Of a stretch of DNA of 57,103 nt, positions 9,743-16,976 are shown piece after piece (within the stretch, counting starts at the first letter, position 1; each line of letters opens with the position of its first letter). The notes beneath the pieces are model-generated. The model searched no databases, was not told the origin of the DNA, and saw only the letters and a program-made list of their open reading frames with translations. The stretch covers positions 1-57,103 of the forward strand of contig JBLNDH010000042.1 in assembly GCA_050261455.1 (NCBI GenBank), in the 5' to 3' direction. The translations under genes and the position numbers were made by a program. Origin of the DNA: Bacillota bacterium. GTDB taxonomy: Bacteria; Planctomycetota; Phycisphaerae; Tepidisphaerales; Tepidisphaeraceae.

Positions 9743-9841
9743 GACCTCCGATCCTGAAAAAAGGATGGGTGAAAACCCGTACCAGCGGCAGCGTACAGCA
9801 TATTAGTCGGCGGCGTCCCGGCAAGCGGTGGCAATCGTCGA

Positions 9842-10858
9842 TCAACGAGCGCTTGCCGGAGTCGCGGGTTTCTGGGGGTCGCGATAAGCCGACTTGAGGC
9901 GTTCCAACTCCGCTGCCGTGATCGGCAGCACAGAACCGTGGCGAAGCGGATACGGGAAGCGGAAGTCGGTGGCGCGTGTGAACTGGCCAGTGCTTAGGTC
10001 ATGGCTGACAAACGGCATGTAGCCGAACGCCCCATGGCCAATTCGATCGCTGACATTATCCAGCAGCAGACACCACTCGGGCGGCTGACCGTCAGTGACA
10101 GGTTTCAATTGAAAACAGATCGGGCCTTCGAAGTTCTTTCCCTTCCCGGCCGTGAACTGCTGCACCTCCTGCCAGGGTCCCATGAGCTTCTTGCTGCTCG
10201 CCATGCTTACCGACTTTTCCTTGTCATCCTTGGTGAAACGATAGTAGGTGTCGCCATCGCGCACGATGTTGATGTCGATGACATGATTGGGTCTTTCGAC
10301 ATAGACAAAGGGCTTGTCGAACGTGCGGAAGTCCTTGGTGCGAGCCGCCCAGATGCGCTGCTTGGAGAAGTTGTCGCTCCTGGTTGTCGAAGCCCAGTAG
10401 ACCAGGTAATCGCCGGCCTCTTCATCGTAGATCGCCTCGGGTGCCCAGGCACAACCGGCGTCTTCGGCAGCGACCAGCGCCAGCCGCGGCGGCGACCAAT
10501 GCACCAGATCGCTCGATTCCCAAACGACGATGGACCGACTACCGGCATGGGTGTTCCGATGCCAGTCTCTATTCCTGTTGACGCACAGATCGGTGGCGAT
10601 CAGCCAGACCTTCTTCCCATCGTGAGACCGCAGAAGAAATGAATCGCGCACGCCTTTTTCGCCCACGTCGCTGACCAGCATGGGGTTGCCGTCCTTAAGC
10701 GCTTTCCACTGCCTGCCGTCCTCGCTGATTGCCATGTAGATCTGCTCGGACATCGGCGTAGTCTCGTCTCTGAACGTAGTGAAAAGGAATCCGCCGCCCT
10801 TGGCCGCCGATGCATGGATAGAGAAAGCAATAGACATCAGAAATAGAAGGTTCTTCAT
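9842..10858 (-). CDS. Glycoside hydrolase family 43 (five-bladed beta-propeller)
   Basis: Start chosen at MKNLLFLMSIAFSIHASAAKG (ATG 10858); the track ORF extends to 10975. Motifs VRDSFLLRSHDGKKVWLIATDL, WESSDLVHWS and CAWAPEAIYDEEAGDYLVYWAS. Confidence 0.8.
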   Translation of the reverse strand: MKNLLFLMSIAFSIHASAAKGGGFLFTTFRDETTPMSEQIYMAISEDGRQWKALKDGNPMLVSDVGEKGVRDSFLLRSHDGKKVWLIATDLCVNRNRDWHRNTHAGSRSIVVWESSDLVHWSPPRLALVAAEDAGCAWAPEAIYDEEAGDYLVYWASTTRSDNFSKQRIWAARTKDFRTFDKPFVYVERPNHVIDINIVRDGDTYYRFTKDDKEKSVSMASSKKLMGPWQEVQQFTAGKGKNFEGPICFQLKPVTDGQPPEWCLLLDNVSDRIGHGAFGYMPFVSHDLSTGQFTRATDFRFPYPLRHGSVLPITAAELERLKSAYRDPQKPATPASAR

Positions 10859-11004
10859 TTTGTTCACCGTACTTGCTCTGCGAACTGGAATGGATGTCGC
10901 TCCCCGGCTAAACGGAGAAGCGGAAGGCTCGAGACTTCTTGCCCCACGATACCAACATAACCCCATCGAGGGCAACCGGTTCTGATGTCCAAGTCCTCGG
11001 CGGC

Positions 11005-11105
11005 TCGGAATTGGAGGCCGGCGCCGGCCATTCCAACGAGTCGGCCTTCAGCCACGCGTTCCGCGGAAGCATGGGGCTTTCGCCGGGGCTATACCGCCGA
11101 TGCAA
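11005..11105 (+). pseudogene. AraC-family HTH regulator, last ~30 codons only
   Basis: ELEAGAGHSNESAFSHAFRGSMGLSPGLYRR matches the C-terminal second HTH and tail of AraC/XylS regulators (GFxSxSxFSRxFKxxxGxSPxxYR). Nothing AraC-like lies upstream. Confidence 0.45.
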
Positions 11106-11228
11106 CTCAGTTTATGTGCGTCCGCGCTGACCTGCGGCCGAAAACGCCGCGGAGCCAGATGCTGATCGAGGGGCCGTCGCAGAGTTAAGCCAGGACCGGA
11201 CGACCCAGGAGAAGCCTTGGAGTCAATC

Positions 11229-11630
11229 ATGCGTATCGTTCTTTCCGCTGTTGTCATTCTCGTCATCGCTGCCGTTACGCGTGCCGATGATCTTCCCATC
11301 GGGCGGTTCAAGGGCGAGTCGTACGAAGGCTGGACGGTTGAAGGGGAGGCCTTCAAACCCGGCCCCGTCTCCGGCGACATGCTCACGAAACTCGAGATCG
11401 AGAACGCCACGGACGGCTGGGCGGTCGCCAGCAGTGAGGTCCACGGCGACGGCCCCACCGGCACACTGACGTCCCCACCGTTCAAGGTCGAGCGCAAGTT
11501 CATTGCGTTCACCATCGCCGGCGGAAACTACGAACGCCACACGTGCATCAACCTGCTGATCGACGGCAGGATTGTCCGCAGCGCCACGGGCTACCGTGGG
11601 AAGGTGCTCCTCTACCGGTGGCGACCGTGA
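11229..11630 (+). pseudogene. N-terminal lectin-like module of a GH32/levanase-type secreted enzyme, 3'-truncated
   Basis: MRIVLSAVVILVIAAVTRADD signal, then FKGESYEGWTVEGEAFKPGP...GDGPTGTLTSPPFKVERKFIAFTIAGGNYERHTCINLLIDGRIVRSATG. This module normally precedes a catalytic domain. The ORF stops about 15 codons later. Confidence 0.6.
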
Positions 11631-11827
11631 TTTCGGATCGCGCGCGCCGATTTGCAGCAGGCTTCTTGCCGTTGATGGCCGAAGTCTGGGTTGCGACTTG
11701 CTTGTCGAAAACCCAAGACAGTCGGATCTTGAAGGAGGGAATAGCAGCGCTGCGCGAATGCTCGTAGGATAGGAGCGCATAAACGGGAGAGATCGCACGA
11801 AACACGGGTAGATGAGAGGGACCGAAC

Positions 11828-13795
11828 ATGAAAAAGTACATCACAATCAGCCTGCTGGCGGTGGGTATGGCGCTGGCCAACATCAGCTTTGGGCAGGAGG
11901 CGATACCCGCTGTCGCCAAGACCTTCATTGACTATTTCCTGCCGATGCCCATCACGGACTCCCTCTCCAAGTCTGCTTGGGGCGCGCCGGAAGTTGGGCC
12001 GCGCGATGTCAAGAACGGCTTGGAGGATGTCACCGTCAAGCAGTGGTATTACTGGGACGGCCAGATCATCAAGTCGCCGGACGGCAAGTATCACCTGTTT
12101 GCCAGTCGCTGGGACCAAGCCAGGGGCCACAATGGCTGGTTTGGTTCCAAGGCCGTTCATGCCGTCAGCGACAAGCTCATCGGACCGTACGTGGACAAGG
12201 GCCTGTGCTGGCCGGACAGCCAGGCCGGCAAAGGGCACAACGTCACGGCGCTGGTATTGCCCGACGGTCGCTATGCCGTGGTCATTAGCGAGACGCGCCC
12301 GGGGACGGTCTTTGTCTCCCAATCCCCCGACGGCCCTTGGGAAGAGTTGGGGACAATCAAAGGGGAAGGGTTGCAGGCCTCCAACATCAGCATCATGGTC
12401 CGCCCCGATGGGGACTTCATGATCGTGCCACGTTCGGGACACGTGTTCCTCAGCAAGGCGACCGATGGCGTTCTCGGGCCGTACAAAGATTTTGGGCCTG
12501 CTTTCCCCAGGGGCATCCCCAATCTCGAAGACCCCTGCGTCTTCTATTCCGGCGGCCTCTATCACATCATCGTCAATTCCTGGAGCACGCGCAAGGCTTA
12601 CCACCTGACCTCCATAGACGGCAAGAGCAACTGGGTCAACTGCGGACTGGCTTATGATCCAACCAAAGATTTCATCCGCTACACCGATGGCACCGTTAAC
12701 CATTGGCACAAGCTGGAGCGTCCTGGCGTGGTTATTGAAAACGGTCATGTGGTCGCGATGACGCTGGCGGTGCTGGACATTCCAAAGGAGAAGCAGAAGG
12801 GCAACGACGCCCACGGCAGCAAGGTCATCGTGGTTCCGTTTGACGGTGTTGCCTTCGATCGCGACATGGAGAAAGTCGCCAATGCGCCTCAAGCTGATGT
12901 GAAGGCCGGCAAGCTGGCGCCGCGGCCACTCTTCCGCGATCCACCCTTCGATGCGCCGACGGACCCCGTGCTGTGTTTCAATGCCGAGGCGAACAAGTGG
13001 TACATGTACTACACCGCCCGACGGGCGGCGGCGACCGATGCGCCGGGCGTGAGCTGGGTGCATGGCTCGAACATCGGCATGGCCGAATCGTCCGACGGCG
13101 GCGCGACCTGGACCTACAAAGGCACGGCTGAGATCAGTTATGGGAAGGATGAGCACCCCAGGGACTACACCTATTGGGCTCCGGAGGTCATCTGGGACAA
13201 TGGCGTCTACCACATGTTCCTGAGTTACGTACCGGGGATCTTCAACGACTGGAACCACCCGCGGCAGATCGTGCACCTCACGAGCAAGGATGGTGTGAAA
13301 TGGGAAACCGTCGGCCCGATTGACCTGAAATCCGACCGGGTGATCGACGCGTGCGTCATGCAGGTCCCCGCCGGCGGCTGGCGGATGTGGTACAAGGATG
13401 AACGGGCCCAGAAGTCACTCTGCTATGCTGATAGCGCCGACCTGATGAAGTGGGAGCCCAAGGGCAACGCGGTCACGGAATACAACGGCGAAGGGCCCAA
13501 GGCATTCCATTGGAAGGGCAAGTATTGGCTCGTCGCCGATTGCTGGAGGAACGGCCAGCGCGTCTGGAGTTCGGATGATTGCCTGAACTGGAAGATGCAG
13601 GACAAGACGCTTCTGGGCGGCCATGGCGACGTTGTCGTCAGTGGCGACCGCGCCTGGTGGTTCTACTTCGGTCCCGGCCGCCGAACCGCCATCGACGTCG
13701 TCGAACTCACCGTGGTCGACGGCAGACTCATCGCTGGCGAACCGAACCAGCCGACCTACATCGATCTCAAACCCGAACGAGAACTGGAGAAGTAA
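11828..13795 (+). CDS. Secreted two-domain beta-propeller glycoside hydrolase (GH43/GH117-like)
   Basis: 655-aa ORF. Signal MKKYITISLLAVGMALANISFG. First half WYYWDGQIIKSPDGKYHLFASRWD. Second half FNAEANKWYMYYTARR...MAESSDGGATWTYKG...WAPEVIWDNGVYHMFLSYVPG. Confidence 0.85.
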   Translation: MKKYITISLLAVGMALANISFGQEAIPAVAKTFIDYFLPMPITDSLSKSAWGAPEVGPRDVKNGLEDVTVKQWYYWDGQIIKSPDGKYHLFASRWDQARGHNGWFGSKAVHAVSDKLIGPYVDKGLCWPDSQAGKGHNVTALVLPDGRYAVVISETRPGTVFVSQSPDGPWEELGTIKGEGLQASNISIMVRPDGDFMIVPRSGHVFLSKATDGVLGPYKDFGPAFPRGIPNLEDPCVFYSGGLYHIIVNSWSTRKAYHLTSIDGKSNWVNCGLAYDPTKDFIRYTDGTVNHWHKLERPGVVIENGHVVAMTLAVLDIPKEKQKGNDAHGSKVIVVPFDGVAFDRDMEKVANAPQADVKAGKLAPRPLFRDPPFDAPTDPVLCFNAEANKWYMYYTARRAAATDAPGVSWVHGSNIGMAESSDGGATWTYKGTAEISYGKDEHPRDYTYWAPEVIWDNGVYHMFLSYVPGIFNDWNHPRQIVHLTSKDGVKWETVGPIDLKSDRVIDACVMQVPAGGWRMWYKDERAQKSLCYADSADLMKWEPKGNAVTEYNGEGPKAFHWKGKYWLVADCWRNGQRVWSSDDCLNWKMQDKTLLGGHGDVVVSGDRAWWFYFGPGRRTAIDVVELTVVDGRLIAGEPNQPTYIDLKPERELEK

Positions 13796-13841
13796 CGCCG
13801 GTCCTTTCACGAGCTGTGCTTTGCGGCGGAGGCATCACAAC

Positions 13842-14264
13842 ATGATAACGCGCAAGACCTTCCTCGGCATTGCCACGGCGGTAGTCTGTTTTGCGGTGGC
13901 TGCGGCGCAGGCCCAGCCCGCCACTCAGCCCGCGCGCATACAAAAGCTGCGCGACCTCCGCATGCGAGATGTCTGCATTCTGGCCGATCAGGCATCGAAG
14001 ACATACTACATGATCGGGCCGGCGCGCCGTGGGGTGCGTGCCTACACCAGCAAGGACCTGGCGACATGGGAAGGCCCGCGGGTGATCTACATCGCCCCCA
14101 ACGATGTTTGGGGCGACATTCCCGTCGTCGGCATCTGGGCTCCCGAGCTGCACGACTATGAGGGCAAGTATTACCTGTTCCTGACCTTTGACACCCGCAA
14201 TGAGTTCCCCGAGCAGTGGCGCGACTGGCTGCCGCGTGTGACCCGCGGCTCGCAGGTTCTGGTG
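13842..14264 (+). pseudogene. GH43-family hydrolase, N-terminal 141 codons only. This marks the left edge of the island.
   Basis: MITRKTFLGIATAVVCFAVAAAQA signal, then MRDVCILADQASKTYYMIG...WAPELHDYEGKYYLFLTF...TRGSQVLV. After 14264 the open frame becomes unrelated sequence that contains a repeat. Confidence 0.7.
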
Positions 14265-14327
14265 GACGCCTTGAAGGCGATGAAGGCAGTCACCCGGATA
14301 GCGGAGTTGACGAGAATAGGCGGCGCA

Positions 14328-14374
14328 GGTCAGGTTCACGCTGCCCACGATCCCTCCGCAATCGGCTCCGCAGG
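14328..14374. repeat. Direct repeat copy 1 (47 nt, ~87% identical to 15086-15132)
   Basis: ggtcaggttcacgcTgcccacgaTCcctcCgcaatcggctccGcAgg versus the copy at 15086. There are 6 mismatches out of 47, and the copies are in the same orientation 758 bp apart, bracketing the cupin gene. Confidence 0.8.
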
Positions 14375-14389
14375 TTTGTCCCCGCCGTT

Positions 14390-14944
14390 CTACTCGACCG
14401 GGAGGGGAGGACCAGTGACCGTCATCCCATGGGCCGCAAACGCCCGCGCCACCTCTTCCGGTGTGGGCAGTGTCGCGTGCCTCGTCGTGTTGAGGATGAA
14501 GGTCTCGAAGGTGCCAGCCGGGCTGACAGTTGTGAGCAGCGTGCCAGGCTCGTCGCTGATACAAGCCCAGGCGTGGGGGATCTTTCGCGGGGCAAAGAGC
14601 GAGTCGCCGGGCCTCAGCAAGAATCTCTCGTCGCCGACCTCCATCCGGAACGTCCCCTGGACCACGTAGAACCACTCATCCTGCTCGTGGTGGACGTGGC
14701 GGGGAGGGCCGCCCTTGCCCATGTGTCTGTGCTCGAACACGAATAGTGCCCCTCCCGTGTCCTTCGACGAGACCTTGATGGCCAGCGGGATCAGGCCCCA
14801 GATGCTGAGCGGTTTCTCATGAGAGCGATCTTGACCGGCTGGGACGTGGAACGCATCTGTCAAGTTGTGCAGACCCAAGAACAGGCTCCTTTCGATCAGG
14901 CGACATCCAATAGGGACTGGCCTCGCAGCCAACATCGCCGCCAC
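14390..14944 (-). CDS. Cupin-domain protein
   Basis: 184-aa ORF (GTG start, uncertain). GGALFVFEHRHMGKGGPPRHVHHEQDEWFYVVQGTFRMEVGDERFLLRPGDSLFAPRKIPHAW is a canonical two-motif cupin. Confidence 0.75.
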   Translation of the reverse strand: MAAMLAARPVPIGCRLIERSLFLGLHNLTDAFHVPAGQDRSHEKPLSIWGLIPLAIKVSSKDTGGALFVFEHRHMGKGGPPRHVHHEQDEWFYVVQGTFRMEVGDERFLLRPGDSLFAPRKIPHAWACISDEPGTLLTTVSPAGTFETFILNTTRHATLPTPEEVARAFAAHGMTVTGPPLPVE

Positions 14945-15085
14945 TGGCGGATCCGTTGGCCGCGGGCCGTTTTCGTCTGATCCATCTTATTCCTGCCGTG
15001 TTCAGCTTGGCCACACAAGCGATGGTCGAGATCGTCCGCCTCTCCCGGAAGTGCGGAGGGGCAGCAGGCGGGAATAAGCGGGGTC

Positions 15086-15132
15086 GGTCAGGTTCACGCC
15101 GCCCACGAATCCTCAGCAATCGGCTCCACGGG
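15086..15132. repeat. Direct repeat copy 2. It overlaps the 3' end of an integrase C-terminal scrap.
   Basis: See 14328-14374. On the minus strand both copies read KP(V/A)EPIAE(D/G)SWAA-stop. Confidence 0.8.
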
Positions 15133-15264
15133 CTTCGGCGGCATAGTCGTTCCATTTGTGAACCCCAGCACTTTCTCCAATTGCTCCTGCGCCGCGTGCA
15201 GCCGCTTCCAATCCCGCTCGGCGTAGTGCTTCTTCATCCCCTTTTCGCTGTGGCTCAGGAACAT
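15094..15264 (-). pseudogene. Tyrosine-recombinase C-terminal tail scrap (56 codons)
   Basis: MFLSHSEKGMKKHYAERDWKRLHAAQEQLEKVLGFTNGTTMPPKPVEPIAEDSWAA. The xHSxxxMxxxY pattern resembles the last catalytic-Tyr box of integrases. A TGA lies immediately upstream in frame. Confidence 0.4.
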
Positions 15265-15269
15265 CTCCG

Positions 15270-16802
15270 TCAGCCACCCTCACAAAGCGAAAGTGCTGGT
15301 AAGAGTTCCCGAAAGTGCTGGTAAGAAATCGAGCGAATCTGCGATATTCCGCTAAATAACGGCACTGGAGTCATGTTCGGGTTTTGTTCGAATCCTACCG
15401 CGCCCATTTCCCCCTCATTAACGCCAGTGACTGACAATTGATGCCTATCTCTGGCATTTTCCTCGACTTGCGAGCATTCCTCTGAGGCGATTCCACTGCC
15501 GATGACTGTCAATGAGGACGGGTGACTGGCGGAAATCTCCGCCAGTCTGCCCGCCAGTCGTTCAGCTTTTTTTTGACACATCACATCCGCCGTGGCCGTG
15601 GCCTCGCCTTCCGTACCTGTGGCCGTGAGTGCTTGGCTTCCGGCAGCAGCCGGGATCGGCAGTTTCTCCACCGCTCCAGCCAAATCGAAAATGCGAGGAT
15701 CGGTGTACACCCGCATCGTCAGCTTCAGGTCGGTGTGCCGCATCAGCTCCATGGCTTCACGGGGTGTCACCCCCACTTGGCTCAGGAGCGTGCCATAGGT
15801 GTGGCGGAAGGCATGGAAATCGGCTCGGCGGCCTTCGGAATCCTCCCACTCAATACCCGCACTCTTTAACTACTTTTTGTGCATGTGCATCGTGGGGACG
15901 TCAGGAAACACGCGGTCGCCGCTTTCACGGTCTCCACGCATGGTCTTCAACTCGGCGGCCACGTCAGACCGCAACGGAAGGGTATCAGCCCGCCGAGACT
16001 TCGTAGCCTTGGACCGCAGCTTGAGGAGGGCGGTCTCTGAATCGAGATGCACATCACCCCAGACCAGATCCTTCACCTCCTGTCGCCGAAGGCCGGTGGA
16101 GAGAATGAAGCGATAGACTCGCTGATGATCCTCAGGCACTACGGCAAGGAAGTCTTCAACCTGCTTGGCCGTTAATGCCCGCCTGGCGCGGCGGATGTCG
16201 ATGGACTCATCCACCTTGTCCACCGCCGCCGCTTCCCTGGCGGTTGCCCCAACGGGGTTTGAGGGCAGCCGCTTTCGTTTCACACACCAGTTGCAGAAGG
16301 CTCGAACCACCTCAAGGTACTGGTTCTGTGTGACTGGCCCAATCTCCGGCAGGCCATCTGGCCGCAACGAGATGCTCTCCCGCCAGCGGCAGAACGAATC
16401 GCCGGAAATGTCGCCCAATACCTTCCAGCCACAGGCCTGGATGATGTGGGCGAGCCGGTTGTTAATGTTCTCGCGGTACTTGTCGTCGCGGCCCAGCGTT
16501 TTCAACTCCGTCAGGTAGTCGCCAACGTGCTGGGATAGGGGACGGGTCCGATGCTCGGCATACAGATCGACACAGCCCTGCTCACCGCGGGCGATGGCCT
16601 TCTCCAGTGCGGCGGCCTTCTGCTCACTGGCGAATCTGTCGGTATAGCCCTTGATGCGTCGGCCGTCTGACAATTCGATTGTGTAGGTTCTGTATCGCTT
16701 GCTCTTGCCGGTCTTCTTATCCTTGTACGTCCTGCGGTACACACTTGCCATAATGCATTGCTCCCTGCTCGCTCGATGTCCAACTGTACTCGATTCCATC
16801 AA
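15270..16802 (-). pseudogene. Tyrosine recombinase (integrase 1) with an in-frame TAG between the K and HxxR boxes
   Basis: The 310-aa ORF (16802-15870) ends ...VFPDVPTMHMHKK-TAG. The same frame continues LKSAGIEWEDSEGRRADFHAFRHTYGTLLSQVGVTPREAMELMRHTDLKLTMRVYTD. Catalytic GLRRQE, K, HxxR, H and Y are all present across the stop. Confidence 0.8.
15386..15406 (+). other. tRNA 3'-end-like fragment (T-loop, 3' T-stem, acceptor 3' strand, discriminator); candidate att core
   Basis: gttcgaatcctaccgcgccca equals GTTCGAATC + CCTAC + CGCGCCC + A. There is no matching 5' T-stem or tRNA body upstream. It lies about 240 bp downstream of the AVEKLP end of integrase 1, the same geometry as at 44545. Confidence 0.4.
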
Positions 16803-16811
16803 ATCGCGCTA

Positions 16812-16976
16812 CTACGCAGCGTTTGCTCGTGCCTCTATCCACGCCTCGATGGTCTCCCGCTTCCATAGGCGGACCTTGCCGCCCTCGCTGATATCCGCCT
16901 TGGGGAACCTGCCCGCCGATATCCAACGGAAGAGTGTCCGCTCGGCTAAGCACAGTGATGCTGTTGAGGCTGACGT
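16812..16976 (-). CDS. AlpA/excisionase-type MerR-like HTH protein just upstream of integrase 1. No canonical start (ACG at the expected position).
   Basis: Frame reads (ACG)SASTASLCLAERTLFRWISAGRFPKADISEGGKVRLWKRETIEAWIEARANAA followed by two stop codons (TAG TAG). This is the typical AlpA pattern (STxYRWxxxGxFPxP...W...xxW). It is bounded upstream by TAG at 16977-16979. Confidence 0.5.
   Translation of the reverse strand, partial: TSASTASLCLAERTLFRWISAGRFPKADISEGGKVRLWKRETIEAWIEARANAA

Noticed and set aside
11612-13276. 554-aa minus-strand ORF
   Set aside because: Antisense shadow of the 655-aa beta-propeller hydrolase. Arg/Val/Gly-rich with no motifs.
14328-15132. Integron cassette/attC interpretation of the repeats flanking the cupin gene
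   Set aside because: The repeats are direct rather than imperfect palindromes. They lack GTTRRRY/RYYYAAC core sites, and no IntI-type integrase or attI is nearby.
8636-15872. Stop-codon reassignment (TAG read as sense) to explain the in-frame TAGs at 8636 and 15870
   Set aside because: TAG terminates the bdhA-like gene at its natural family C-terminus (…GGWTAR-TAG, 23564-23566) and also ends the helicase ORF and the DUF3987 gene. TGA and TAA also end well-supported genes. Standard code 11 fits.
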